The position numbers were made by a program, and so were the translations under genes. From Macrostomum hystrix (taxonomy: Eukaryota > Animalia > Platyhelminthes), in the NCBI GenBank assembly GCA_950097015.1, contig CATNEN010000039.1, forward strand, positions 7,316,001 through 7,380,000: 64,000 nucleotides of DNA. The letters run 5' to 3'. Positions 11,603 to 25,060 of this stretch are shown piece by piece. The notes below the pieces were generated by a model. The model saw only the letters and a program-made list of their open reading frames with translations, was not told the origin of the DNA and searched no databases. Each line of letters starts with the position of its first letter. Within the stretch, counting starts at the first letter, position 1.

Positions 11603-12642
11603 TATTTTTTTGTGTCCTTAGAGTGTTAGCAGCCATAGCTATTAAACAAAATATAAGCAAGTCCTTGTTATAATTTAGTAAAATAATAATTTACAAAGCA
11701 GAGAAGAAAAACTAAGAAATATTGCTAAGCTTAAGTGTTTAGTGTTGCTTTTGCAATGTTGCATGCATGGGTCTGCAGTGTGTGCAGATGTTTAGTTGAG
11801 TAGCCTTAGCTAGGCCTACTCAATTTATTTTATATTTTATGATATACTGAGAATTTTTAAGTGCAGATCAAGTGGAGACAGTAAGGGTTGGCCCACCCTA
11901 GCCCTAACAAAATCAATCTGTCCTATAGCTAATTGTTTTGTTTATTTTCTTGTTTTTGTCAATTATACCTACACTCAGTGCATTGTTTAATGTGATCTTT
12001 GTTATTTTTTATATTTACATAGAAATATATAAACAGAAAAGAAATATATTATAGACCTTTGCAGTTCTGTTTGCAAATTTATTTTCAAATTTGAATTTGT
12101 ACTAGCAATGTGTTGGTATTTTAAATATATATAAGCCTAACTTATATTGACAGTTTCTGTTAAATTGTTTAAATCAAACTTGGATGAACTTCTTGCTGTT
12201 GTGAAGTGGTGAACTAAAACAAAGAAAATTAGAATGAATGCTTTTGCCACTGTTAAAATAAGTTAGTGCTGGTCTATCTAATTTACTTGCAATTACAAGA
12301 ATTTTAAATAGATTGTTGTTAAAATGGTTGTTGCCAAAGTGGACCAGATTTACATAATTTACTAAATGCAATAATAGTTTGCAGCTGGTAAGATACTTTG
12401 TCTGTAGCCAAAGTAAAATTATTGACTTCTGTAAGCCTGTGTCAAAGAGTGTCAATTCAGCACTGGCTTTTGATTGCACATTTGTGATCTAGAAAAGTGG
12501 CTAAATGACTAACAAAAATTAGGTCTGGAGTACCCGCTGATTGGTAATGCAGAAGTCCCAGGGGTGTCCCCCTGGTGGGAATGTAGAAAAGAGCCACTAG
12601 AAATGTTGCCAAAGGTTATTTACTTACAAATCAATAGCTAGC

Positions 12643-13185
12643 ATTTCACAGGGGTCTGGGATAGTCCCCTAGATTGGTAGCTAGCGTGTAGGTCTTTGGG
12701 GCATCCCCTTAGGAAGGGGTATGAGGGCAAAGGATTTCACAGGGGTCTGGATAGTCCCCTAGATTGGTAGCTAGCGTGTAGGTCTTTGGGGCATCCCCTT
12801 AGGAAGGGGTATGAGGGCAAAGGATTTCACAGGGGTCTGGATAGTCCCCTAGATTGGTAGCTAGTGTGTAGGTCTTTGGGGTGTCCCCTTAGGAAGGGGT
12901 ATGAGGGCAAAGGATTTCACAGGGGTCTGGATAGTCCCCTAGATTGGTAGCTAGTGTGTAGGTCTTTGGGGCATCCCCTTAGGAAGGGGTATGAGGGCAA
13001 AGGATTTCACAGGGGTCTGGGATAGTCCCCTAGATTGGTAGCTAGTGTGTAGGTCTTTGGGGCATCCCCTTAGGAAGGGGTATGAGGGCAAAGGATTTCA
13101 CAGGGGTCTGGATAGTCCCCTAGATTGGTAGCTAGTGTGTAGGTCTTTGGGGTGGCCCCTTAGGAAGGGGTATGAGGGCAAAGGC
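12643..13185. repeat. ~90-bp tandem repeat x6 between the divergent USP6NL and PIP4K2 genes
   Basis: Period of 90 (12733 to 12823); contains GGGG..CCCC mini-hairpins. Confidence 0.95.
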
Positions 13186-13972
13186 CCTAGAAAACAATGA
13201 CCCAAAAAGGGATTTTAGTGTCCCCAAAAGCAACATCCAAAATTCTTTAGAGGCAGCCAAAGATTAATCATTTATCAGTTTTGTTTATCAGTCTTATTCC
13301 TCTAATATAATATAAGACTCAAGTCTTTAAGTACTAGTATGATTATAGATATACTTGCTTCAATATTATATTGGCTGTCTTTTGTATTCTACAATCCTCT
13401 TCTAGTTAAATTATGTTTGCTCCTAAAATAATAGTTTTTTAAGACCTTGCTTTTAAAAAAAATAAGTAAGTAGCAGGTAGTAAGTAGTAGTATACTTACT
13501 TATTTTGTAAGTAGTCCAGTAGAACAGTCTTCAATATATAAAACTTTACTTATTGAGTTTGACATACTGTGTATTTGCTGTTCATTTAACATTATAAATA
13601 TATTTATACTATATTTTTTCAAAAAGCTTTCTGGCCACTTTTTAGTTCCAAAAAGCTTTGCCTAATGTGAATTTTTATTTTGATCTGTATTCAAAAACTA
13701 AAAAATGCCTTATCCCTAGTTAGAATGGCATTCGTGTATGTGCATTGCGCACATCTATATAGCTTAGGCAGTGCTTAGAAAGGCACATCTATTTTCAATT
13801 AGTTAATTCTATAGATATCTTAACTCTTATCTTTCGTATCCTCACAAAAGGAAATTATTTTTTTTCACAGAACTTCACAGCTGGCAAACACAAATATTTG
13901 ATTCGTCAAGAGTCGCAATTTGAGTCATAAACTCATAAGTGCAGCCAGACACTAGTCAGCTGACTGCTCAGC

Positions 13973-16900
13973 ATGGAGATTCAAGTAAAGAAAAGTCGCA
14001 AGGTCAAAGGAGTCCGCCAGAAGCTGAAACTGTTTAGGGCCAGCGATCCTTTGAAATCTGTCATCATGTGGGGAATTAATTACTCTGTAAGTAGCCCTTT
14101 TAGTCCGATTTAGTTCATTTTTTTTCTTATACGGGCGTAGTTGTAAGTTTTTACTGCAATTCTTCAATCATCATCATTTTCTACCGCCTCGTGTAGCTGG
14201 ACCAGCTAGATCACGTTAACAAGCGAACCATGCTGCTGCCTGACGATTTCAAGAGCAATTTGAAGGTTAAAGTCGACAATCATTTGTTTAATAAGTGAGT
14301 GCACTTTTCTCTTATATTGCGACTTTATATGCGCTAACTATTCTCTATTCTCTAGCTATTCTTCAAAATCCTAAATATGCCAGTCATGCTTGATAATCAC
14401 TAAATCTACTTGTTACATTACAGGCAACAGATTTTGTATGCATTTTCTTTTATCTATTGTTTCCGAAATTCTGCTTGTGGACCACGCCCCGTCGACTGGC
14501 AGAACACGCCCCGCTTATTGAAGCACCTTGCTTTATTATTGACCTGTTTTTATTACCTGTGACCTTGCAGTGTTATTTGTTTGACTGTATAAAATCCAGC
14601 AAGATCCTCAAATTGAGTAAAAATATCATCCCAGATAGTCCAGGGGTCGGCTAACCATTTGCGGCCCACGAAGCTCCCAAATCCGGCCCGTTACACCTAC
14701 AGTATCCCGTCTTATCTCTCCTCAGTCTCGTCTCTCCTCAGTCTCGTCTCTCCCGTGTCTCATCCTTCCCGTGTCTCATCTCTCCCGTGTCTTATCTCTC
14801 CCGTGTCTCATCTCTCCCGTGTTTTATCTCTCCTCAGTCTTGTCTCTCTTCAGTCTTATCTCTCCCGTGTTTCATCTCTCCAGTGTCTTATCTCTCCCGT
14901 GTTTTATCTCTCCTCAGTCTTATCTCTCCTCAGTCTTATCTCTCCTCAGTCTTGTCTCTCCTCAGTCTTGTCTCTCCTCAGTCTTGTCTCTCCTCAGTCT
15001 TGTCTCTCCCCTGTTTCATCTATCTTTAGTCTCACCCTTTCCGTGTCTCATATGTCCCATGTCTCACCTCTCTTTAGTATCAACCTTCCCATGTCTCATC
15101 TCCCCTGTGTCTTATCTCTTCTTATTCTCGTCTCTCCCGTGTCTCATCTCTCCGCTGTCTCATCTATCCTGTGTCTTATCTCTCCCGTATCTCATCTCTC
15201 CTGTGTCTCATCTATTCCGTCTCATCTCTCCCCATTTCACATTGCTCTCATATCTCATATTCCCCTCTCGCTGTCGTCTTTAAGATTCTCTCTTAGGCCT
15301 GCTATAGTCAATCTAGAACCCCAAAACCTCAATCTGCGCCTCCCAGAGACAACATGCCCAGCAAGTTCAAGTTCAAGGAGTACTGCCCTCTGGTGTTCGC
15401 CGAATTGCGCGCCAAGTTCGGTGTCCAGCGATCCGACTACCTGGACAGCTTCACCAAGCGGCAGCCGCATTATGACGCATCGCAGGGTCGCTCGGGTAGC
15501 AAATTTCTTTGCACCTACAATAGGCACTATTTTATCAAAACTATTGGCAGCGAGGAGGTGGAACAGATGCATCACATATTGCAGGTAACTCCATCGCTTT
15601 GTTGTTTTTAATCTTAACGTCCTCAGTATGATTTAAATACTCCCACAGATCCTCGTGTTAACTAAAATTTTGGTCCGATCCTCATATCCTCACAAAATCC
15701 TTACTGAACATCTTGCTCAGTCAAATTTCTCCTCAAATTCTATCGAGTCACATATCCTCTAAAATCCCTATTTTGAGTCACATCCTCTAAAATCCCCATT
15801 TGAGTCACATATTGTCTAAGATCCTCATGTTGAGTCAAATACCAACTAAGATCCCCATGTTGAGTCAAATACCCTCTAAGATCCCATTTTGAGTCAGATA
15901 TCCTCTAAGATCCCCATTTTGAGTCAGATACCCTCTAAGATCCTCAAGTTGAGCCAAATACTCTCTAAGATCCCCATGCTGAGTCAAATATCGAATATTG
16001 AAATAAATTAATCTCGAAATTTCCTCAAACACCGCAGGCCTACCACGGTTACATTGTTGAGTGCGGCGCAGCTACCCTGTTGCCACAGTATCTTGGCATG
16101 TACAGGGCCACAGTTGAGGATACCGAGTACTACCTGCTGGTCACTCGGTGCGGTTCGCCTTTATTTTCTTGTTCTCACCTGTTTTGCTGTTCTATCACTC
16201 TACTCACAGCTGTTCTATCACTCTACTCTCAGCTGTTCTATCACTCTACTCACAGCTGTTCTATCACTCTACTCACAGCTGTTCTATCACTCTACTCACA
16301 GCTGTTCTATTACTCTACTCTGTAGAATGATTCTACTGTCACTCTCTAACAGTCTACTGTCACTCTCTAACAGTCTACTGTCACTCTCTAACAGTCTACT
16401 GTCACTCTTTAAGAGTCTACTGTCACTCTCTAACAGTCTACTGTCACTCTCTAACAGTCTACTGTCACTCTCTAACAGTCTACTGTCACTCTCTAACAGT
16501 CTACTGTCACTCTCTAACAGTCTATTGTCACTCTCTAACAGTCTACTGTCACTCTCTAACAGTCTACTGTCACTCTCTAACAGTCTACTGTCACTCTCTA
16601 ACAGTCTATTGTCACTCTCTAACAGTCTACTGTCACTCTCTAACAGTCTACTGTCACTCTCTAACAGTCTACTGTCACTCTCTAACAGTCTACTGTCACT
16701 CTCTAACAGTCTACTGTCACTCTTTAAGAGTCTACTGTCACTCTCTAACAGTCTACTGTCACTCTTTAACAGTCTACTGTCACTCTCTAACAGTCTACTG
16801 TCACTCTTTAAGAGTCTACTGTCACTCTCTAACAGTCTACTGTCACTCTCTAACAGTCTACTGTCACTCTCTAACAGTCTACTGTCACTCTCTAACAGTC

Positions 16901-18532
16901 TACTGTCACTCTCTAACAGTCTATTGTCACTCTCTAACAGTCTACTGTCACTCTCTAACAGTCTATTGTCACTCTCTAACAGTCTACTGTCACTCTCTAA
17001 CAGTCTATTGTCACTCTCTAACAGTCTACTGTCACTCTCTAACAGTCTACTGTCACTCTCTAACAGTCTACTGTCACTCTCTAACAGTCTACTGTCACTC
17101 TCTAACAGTCTATTGTCACTCTCTAACAGTCTACTGTCACTCTCTAACAGTCTACTGTCACTCTTTAAGAGTCTACTGTCACTCTCTAACAGTCTACTGT
17201 CACTCTCTAACAGTCTACTGTCACTCTCTAACAGTCTATTGTCACTCTCTAACAGTCTACTGTCACTCTCTAACAGTCTATTGTCACTCTCTAACAGTCT
17301 ACTGTCACTCTCTAACAGTCTACTGTCACTCTCTAACAGTCTACTGTCACTCTTTAAGAGTCTACTGTCACCCTTTAACAGTTCCATCAACCCCCTCGCC
17401 ATTTTGCAGCTGCGTGTTCAGTCCGCGCCTGAAAATCCACCGCAAATACGACCTGAAGGGCAGCACAATCGACCGGGAGGCCAGCGAGAAGGAGCGCAGC
17501 AAAGCCCTGCCGACCTACAAGGACGTGGACTTCATCAACACCAAAGAGCGCATCGGACTTGGCGAGGCCCAGAAGCAGCGGCTCATGCGCACACTCAGGT
17601 CTGATGTGGACTTCCTTCAGCGCAGCAACCTGATGGACTACTCACTGCTCATCGGCATTCACGACCTGCAGCTCGGCGGCGGCTTCGAGGACGATCCGGA
17701 GGCCGACGACGAGGCCGGACCGGGATCCGGCAATGAAGGCGCCGCCGTCTCGCCGCCGTCTGCCGCAGCCGCAGCCGCCGGGCTCCAGCCGGTGCCGGAG
17801 GATAGCGGCGATGACAATCCGAAGTGCGAAGCCAACTCGCCTGAGAGTCCGGGCGGAATGCGCGACTGCGGCCTGGAGCCCGGCAGGTCGTTTAGGTATT
17901 CCGCTTTCCTTGGCAACCTGGATCCCGTGTTTGAGAGGTGAGTGGCTGCTGCTCATGATTAGGCATTGCTGAGTTGCTACTCTCCCCGCCTTAATATTTC
18001 TCTCAATGTGTACTGTAGCAACATCGATTGATCAATGGTTATTTTCGTGAGCTCCAATACTCAAACAAAAAATCTCACCTTACCAAGTGTAAGTGCCTTC
18101 CGATCTCATTTGTTGTAAACTTCAGAAACATACTCAACTTGAGTTGAGTGGGTGTTTAATGCTACTGCACCTTAAAAACACTGTACATCTTTCTCCTCTT
18201 TCTCCTCTCAATCACTGCTGTTAAACTCCTTACGCTGTGTTATTACTATTTATCCTCATCCTCATCGCCAGACTCAGCAGTTTACAGCAACTAACTTACT
18301 TGTCTCGTCCCCGTCTCGCATTGCCAGCTACGGCATGCAGTCGCCAAGTCGCCAGGTTGTGTACTTCCTAGGCATCATCGACATCCTCACTAGCTACGGC
18401 GTGCGAAAGCGCACAGCCCAGACCTACAAGTCGATGAAGCACGGCTACATTAATGAGAACCAGCTGAGCACAGTCAAGCCAGAGGTGTACGCTAGACGAT
18501 TCCTGGAATTTATCGACTCCTCTGTTGAGTGA
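13973..18532 (+). CDS. PIP4K2: Phosphatidylinositol 5-phosphate 4-kinase type 2; exons 13973-14086, 14197-14294, 15347-15584, 16038-16147, 17410-17937, 18328-18532
   Basis: QKLKLFRASDPL..VIMWGINYS, MLLPDDFK..KVKVDNHLFNK, MPSKFKFKEYCPLVF, GRSGSKF, LLPQYLGMYR, KYDLKGS, MDYSLLIGIHD, YFLGIIDILT, STVKPEVYARRFLEFI. GT-AG introns, in frame. Confidence 0.95.
14705..15260. repeat. ~16-bp CT-rich minisatellite (TCTCTCCCGTGTCTCA-like) in PIP4K2 intron 2
   Basis: Degenerate tandem copies; same family as 49655-49815 and 54365-55070. Confidence 0.9.
15740..15990. repeat. ~30-bp minisatellite (GAGTCACATATCCTCTAAGATCCCCATTTT-like) in PIP4K2 intron 3
   Basis: ~8 degenerate copies. Confidence 0.85.
16186..17385. 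repeat. 23-bp array followed by a 21-bp array (CTACTGTCACTCTCTAACAGT)n, ~50 copies, in PIP4K2 intron 4
   Basis: Tandem copies, read directly. Confidence 0.95.
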
Positions 18533-18737
18533 CTTCAGAGCTCAGTAACTAAGCGTTTTTTATTTATCCTGGAGGTCCGCTCTGCGCGAGTATCCCTAAT
18601 CCCCAATATGGGATTGAAAAAATCCGGCATTCATTCGCACAATTATGTCCTCGCTTGTTGCTTTTAAAGAAATCTGTAGAATTACGTCATTTAGGTGTAT
18701 TCAAATCCTAATACATTTTTTCTACCTGAAGATTTGA

Positions 18738-20437
18738 GCTGTGTCCTGAGGAACTGGAGGGTTTAGGGTGCAGCTGTGTCCTGAGGAACTGAAGGGTTTA
18801 GGGTGCAGCTGTGTCCTGAGGAACTGGAAGGTTTAGGGTGCAGCTGTGTCCTGAGGAACTGGAAGGTTTAGGGTGCAGCTGTGTCCTGGGGAACTGGAAG
18901 GTTTAGGGTGCAGCTGTGTCCTGAGGAACTGGAAGGTTTAGGGTGCAGCTGTGTCCTGAGGAACTGGAGGGTTAAGGGTGCAGCTGTGTCCTGAGGAACT
19001 GGAGGGTTTAGGGTGCAGCTGTGTCCTGAGGAACTGAAGGGTTTAGGGTGCAGCTGTGTCCTGAGGAACTGGAGGGTTTAGGGTGCAGCTGTGTCCTGAG
19101 GAACTGAAGGGTTTAGGGTGCAGCTGTGTCCTGAGGAACTGAAGGGTTTAGGGTGCAGCTGTGTCCTGAGGAACTGGAGGGTTTAGGGTGCAGCTGTGTC
19201 CTGAGGAACTGAAGGGTTTAGGGTGCAGCTGTGTCCTGAGGAACTGGAGGGTTTAGGGTGCAGCTGTGTCCTGAGGAACTGAAGGGTTTAGGGTGCAGCT
19301 GTGTCCTGAGGAACTGAAGGGTTTAGGGTGCAGCTGTGTCCTGAGGAACTGGAGGGTTTAGGGTGCAGCTGTGTCCTGAGGAACTGGAGGGTTTAGGGTG
19401 CAGCTGTGTCCTGAGGAACTGAAGGGTTTAGGGTGCAGCTGTGTCCTGAGGAACTGGAGGGTTTAGGGTGCAGCTGTGTCCTGAGGAACTGGAGGGTTAA
19501 GGGTGCAGCTGTGTCCTGAGGAACTGGAGGGTTTAGGGTGCAGCTGTGTCCTGAGGAACTGAAGGGTTTAGGGTGCAGCTGTGTCCTGAGGAACTGGAGG
19601 GTTTAGGGTGCAGCTGTGTCCTGAGGAACTGAAGGGTTTAGGGTGCAGCTGTGTCCTGAGGAACTGAAGGGTTTAGGGTGCAGCTGTGTCCTGAGGAACT
19701 GGAGGGTTTAGGGTGCAGCTGTGTCCTGAGGAACTGAAGGGTTTAGGGTGCAGCTGTGTCCTGAGGAACTGGAGGGTTTAGGGTGCAGCTGTGTCCTGAG
19801 GAACTGAAGGGTTTAGGGTGCAGCTGTGTCCTGAGGAACTGAAGGGTTTAGGGTGCAGCTGTGTCCTGAGGAACTGGAGGGTTTAGGGTGCAGCTGTGTC
19901 CTGAGGAACTGGAGGGTTTAGGGTGCAGCTGTGTCCTGAGGAACTGAAGGGTTTAGGGTGCAGCTGTGTCCTGAGGAACTGAAGGGTTTAGGGTGCAGCT
20001 GTGTCCTGAGGAACTGGAGGGTTTAGGGTGCAGCTGTGTCCTGAGGAACTGAAGGGTTTAGGGTGCAGCTGTGTCCTGAGGAACTGAAGGGTTTAGGGTG
20101 CAGCTGTGTCCTGAGGAACTGGAGGGTTTAGGGTGCAGCTGTGTCCTGAGGAACTGGAGGGTTTAGGGTGCAGCTGTGTCCTGAGGAACTGAAGGGTTTA
20201 GGGTGCAGCTGTGTCCTGAGGAACTGGAGGGTTTAGGGTGCAGCTGTGTCCTGAGGAACTGAAGGGTTTAGGGTGCAGCTGTGTCCTGAGGAACTGGAGG
20301 GTTTAGGGTGCAGCTGTGTCCTGAGGAACTGGAGGGTTTAGGGTGCAGCTGTGTCCTGAGGAACTGGAGGGTTTAGGGTGCAGCTGTGTCCTGAGGAACT
20401 GAAGGGTTTAGGGTGCAGCTGTGTCCTGAGGAACTGG
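18738..20437. repeat. 35-bp minisatellite (CAGCTGTGTCCTGAGGAACTG[G/A]AGGGTTTAGGGTG)n, ~48 copies, downstream of the PIP4K2 stop
   Basis: Near-perfect tandem copies with two main variants. Confidence 0.97.
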
Positions 20438-21254
20438 TTGCTCGATCACTCGCCATTGCATGCTTTTTATATATAATGGAGAGGATTTTTTCTGTAGTAA
20501 TTTTTTGTCTCAGTTTTGTTGCAGTCAAAAGTTACGATCTCAATGACTTGAATTTTAATTTTTATTAAATATTGTGGCACCTCAAGGTTATGTATAGTTA
20601 GGTAAAAAAACTTAGCAATGTTCACATAATTACGCTTTTAAAAAAGTGTAATAGATTTGTTGATGTATTAAACTTATTCGGGGCAAATAGACAATTGTAC
20701 TACTGGCAGGCGGTTGTCCTGATTCGGCGCTATCATATGTTCGTTTTTACCTGTAATTAATTTCTAGTCATATTTTGCTTGTTGAATAAGAAATTCTAAT
20801 GCGCAATTTTTTATTGATTTTACCTTTTTTCGTCCTTTCGTTATTGCCAGTAGTGAATTGGTAAATATAATTTTGCAATATATAAAAAAATTTTGTATAA
20901 CTGTTCCTATTAAAATTAGAATATATTAATAGGTAGGGAGCCGTGTCAATTTTTAAATACACCTCACTATTATTATCAACTAACAATCTCATTGTTGTGA
21001 ATCTGTTGCAAATTTAGCAGTTTTATATATTCTCGTTTAACAAATATTGACACGTATCGTTTTCTCCGGAATAATCCGTTCGTGTTTAGTTATGATTCTT
21101 ATCACATTTTATAACCCGAACCAAATGTTGCTTCTCAAAACTTTTGACACTTTTTAGAGAAACAGAAATATTTTTTTATTAATTTGCTAATTATCTAATT
21201 TATTAAAATTACAAAAATTAAAATTTAAAATTTAAATAAAACTAGACACTCCTA

Positions 21255-21550
21255 TAGAACCTCTACCCCTCTATGTACATCTGAGCCCATAGAGCCTCTC
21301 TACCCCCACTCAATGTACATCCGGTGCCATTGAACTTCTACCCCTCAATGTACATCCGGTCCCATTGAACTTCTACCCCTCAATGTACATCCGGTCCCAT
21401 TGAACTTCTACCCCTCAATGTACATCCGGTCCCATTGAACTTCTACCCCTCAATGTACATCCGATGATAGAAGCCATAGAATCGATCTACCCACTTTATG
21501 TACATCCGATTCCAAAGAACAACTACCCCTTAATGTACACAATCCCATAG
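21255..21550. repeat. 35-bp minisatellite (TGTACATCCGGTCCCATTGAACTTCTACCCCTCAA)n, ~8 copies
   Basis: Tandem copies, degenerate at the edges. Confidence 0.9.
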
Positions 21551-22384
21551 AATATATGCGCTCGTACATGCGCTCCTAGTGGCAAGCTCTGTGCTTAATA
21601 ACCGCGTTCTGTTTTTCTTTATTCAGTATGACCTAGTTTTTAATCCGACCGCTTTTTTTGCTATTATTAAAAAGCAATTTTGGCATGAAATCTCTTCGTC
21701 GTTGGTCTTTATAAGTTGTTTTGGCCGCGGCCTATTTTACATGTAAACCATTTCCCTCATTTTTTTCTATTGATTTTTTACACGAGAAAGTTTTTTATCG
21801 GTAGCTTCGCTTGGCTTTGGCTTACCAATAGAGAAAGCTGCACAATTGGCTTTTGCTAATTTTCTATTCAGCTAGAGCGATTCTTAGAAAATATAGAAAC
21901 TTTTTGAGCTCCTGCCTTTAACATTTAGAGCAATGTTTAGTGTTGTATTTTTGCATATTATTATGCGGATTTGTGTTGTATAATGATAATTATTGTTCAG
22001 ACAGTTTGCTACTGTTCCTACTAGCAGTAGAGCGCTGCAGTCCTAGCTCTTGTTATTATTCTTATTGTTTTCTTGTGACTGTCGTCATTCCCTCGCGCGC
22101 TCGGCCCCAATGTTTGTCTGTTGCGCACCAATTTAAAAATTTAGTACCCCAGAAAGATTTGTTACACTGATCTGTCTAGCTGAGAGCTAAAATTTTAATT
22201 GCATCTTTCTTTTTTCAAACGACGTGCACAATAAAGCTTATAATCAGTGTTCTCAATTTGCTGCTTTATTATATAAATTTTAGATGGCATTAGAGAATAT
22301 TAAATTCCACTTTCCATTTTGTTATCTGCCTTTTTATTTGCATCCAGCGGGACTTTTGCTACTACTACAAGACTGAGCAATTTA

Positions 22385-22770
22385 GCCTTGGCGTTTGAGT
22401 CTGCTCACAGAATTGTGGCATCTTGCACTCCTTGGCATTTGAGTCTGCTCACAGAATTGTGGCATCTTGCACTCCTTGGCATTTGAGTCTGCTCACAGAA
22501 TTGTGGCATCTTGCACTCCTTGGTGTTTGAGTCTGCTCACAGAATTGTGGCATCTTGTACTGCTTGGCGTTTTAGTCTGCTCACAGAATTGTGGCATCTT
22601 GTACTCCCTGGCATTTGAGTCTGCTCACAGAATTGTGGCATCTTGCACTCCTTGGTGTTTGAGTCTGCTCACAGAATTGTGACATCTTGCACTCCTTGGC
22701 GTTTTAGTCTGCTCACAGAATTGTGGCATCTTGCACTCCTTGGCGTTTCAGACTACTCACAGATTGATTG
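22385..22770. repeat. 44-bp minisatellite, ~9 copies
   Basis: CCTTGGCGTTTGAGTCTGCTCACAGAATTGTGGCATCTTGCACT tandem copies. Confidence 0.92.
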
Positions 22771-23653
22771 AGCAATCTTGCAAACTTGCAATTGACGCTT
22801 GAGACTACTCAAGCACAAGTTAGATGAGGCATCTTGCATACCTTAACGTTACAGACTACTTACAGCATTGCAACATCACCTTGGCGTTGCACACTTTGAC
22901 TTTGAGACCACAAGTTTAGAATTTTGCTGTGTTTCGGGTTAAATTTTGCACTATACGTAAGGTATATTAAAAAGCTGCATGTTAACTCATTCTGAGCCCT
23001 TGTGGCTTTCTTAAAGACTAAACAACAAAAAAACAAGCAATACGCTTGTAGTTTATGTGGTTAGGCAAAAATGCATGCAGACCGCACGAAAACATGTCGA
23101 TAAGTTTTCTTCCTCATAATTGTCTCACTAGTTTATTTCAGTTGGACCAACTTCGAAATTTAAATACAGCGTCTTAGTACCATTTTTTTCGACACGATCA
23201 AGCTGTGCATGGTAATGAAAACAGATTTAGACTGGCCAAAATTCAAGGCAGTTTTTTAAGACATGCTTGACTTCAACAAGAATGCCATTGTTCACTAAAG
23301 TATGGTACGACGATTATGATAATTTGATAATAAGACCATGAGTTTTCGTTTCTTTACAGAATGATTTACGAAATGAAGTCCGAATTCGGATGAATTATAC
23401 ACTATTGAAAAATGTCGATGGAAGGCATATACCGCACTTGTAATTTACAGAGAAAGTTTAGAGTTCTGTTTCGTATTTCAAGACAGGCCAATTTAGTGAT
23501 CGCCACGAATAACCGAAATTAAAACTTACGGAAATCGATTAAAAAGAAAATTGACGAATCATTCTGAATGATAGATTGACTTAGCGACCTAGATTGACTT
23601 GACTTGACCAAAATTACTTAGCGAACTGTCAAACTAGGATGATGGCGATTGCG

Positions 23654-25060
23654 TCACAGGTCCTCTTTGTTCCACTGTGCCTGCTTGTCGGTGAGGGGCA
23701 CGTAGATGACACCCATGAGGCTGTGACGTCGCACGGAGCCGTCTGGCAGTTTGTCGATTTGCATCAGCGACTGGCTGCCGCCAGCCGGACCCTCCGGGCA
23801 GACCAGGCGACCGCCCGGCTTTAGCTGGTCAATCAGAGCCTGCATGGGGGTGAGTTTGAGTAGCTCAGAAATCACGTGACGATGGGAGAGAAAGTCGAAT
23901 GGGATCTGCTCATCGGCTTATCCATCTCACCTGAGGAATCGGATTGGCAGCCGCGCCAACGTGGATGGCGTCGTAGGGCGCCGCCTCCGGGTAGCCTAGT
24001 CTGCCGTCGCCCGTTACCATGGTGATGACGCCGTCATCTAGGCGACGCGCGGTTAGCGTAGATTTTCGCAGATTTTCAATTGAATGACGAACCTTGAAGA
24101 TAAGGTTATAAATTCTTTTCGTTATAAGGATTTAATGAGACTCAGATAGAATTCGGGATCTGAGTAATTAGAATTCGGGATCTGAGTAATTAGAATTCGG
24201 GATCTGAGTAATTAGAATTCGGGATCTGAGTAATTAGAATTCGGGATCTGAGTAATTAGAATTCGGGATCTGAGTAATTAGAATTCGGGATCTGAGTAAT
24301 TAGAATTTGGGATCTGAGTAATTAGAATTTGGGATCTGGGTAATTAGAATTCGGGATCTGAGTAATTAGAATTCGGGATCTGAGTAATTAGAATTTGGGA
24401 TCGGTGTAAATACAATTCGGGATCTGAGTAATTAGAATTTGGGATCTGAGTAATTACGATTCGGGATCTGAGTAATTAGAATTCGGGATCTGAGTAATTA
24501 GAATTCGGGATCTGAGTAATTACAATTCGGGATCTGAGTAATTAGAATTCGGGATCTGAGTAATTAGAATTCGGGATCTGCATGGGCAATAAAAGGGAAT
24601 TTTCTACAGGTAAATTTCTTAAAATCGGGATCATTGTTGGGGATAGCTTGAATTAAGCTTGAAGGGCTGGGTAATCAATCAGGCATGTGAATCGGGTGCT
24701 CACCAGCGACTCAATGTGATCGATGCCGACAACTCGACCGCCTGTGTCGGCCACCAGCTCCGCCATGCAGGCGGTGAGGTAGCCGGATCCGGAGCCGACA
24801 TCAAGGACGCGCGCACCCGGTCTTGTAAGCTGCTGGGACAGCACCTCCAGCGCGTGGGCGTGCATGTGCGGCGCGGAGATGGTGACGCCATAGCCGATGC
24901 CCTGCGGCGAGTCCTCGTAGGGTTTGGTGCCAGGCGCTACAAAGTGCGCCCGATCGACGCGACGCATTGCGGCCTCAATGGCGGCGGAGCGAAGGATGCC
25001 GTTCTTAGCTAGCCGGCTAATCAGCTGCTCGTGACTGTTGCCAGAGCTGCGCCACGCCAT
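23654..25060 (-). CDS. PCMT1: Protein-L-isoaspartate O-methyltransferase; exons 25060-24704, 24092-23931, 23839-23654
   Basis: [97 protein letters not shown]. Phase-0 GT-AG introns. Confidence 0.96.
24148..24580. repeat. 22-bp minisatellite (GAATTCGGGATCTGAGTAATTA)n in PCMT1 intron 1
   Basis: ~19 tandem copies. Confidence 0.95.

Noticed and set aside
16054-17604. 516-aa ORF with LSLSNSL repeats resembling leucine-rich repeats, and the antisense LLESDSR ORF
   Set aside because: Translation of a 21-bp intronic minisatellite; the flanking PIP4K2 exons splice in frame around it.
18738-20437. CRISPR-like 35-bp periodicity or a true telomere
   Set aside because: No unique spacers, no cas genes, eukaryotic context; TTAGGG is not tandemly repeated.
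24148-24580. Junction mimicry in PCMT1 intron 1 (also PIP4K2 intron 2 and AMPD intron 3)
   Set aside because: No convincing alignment; recorded as counter-examples. The PIP4K2 intron 2 unit belongs to a dispersed family.
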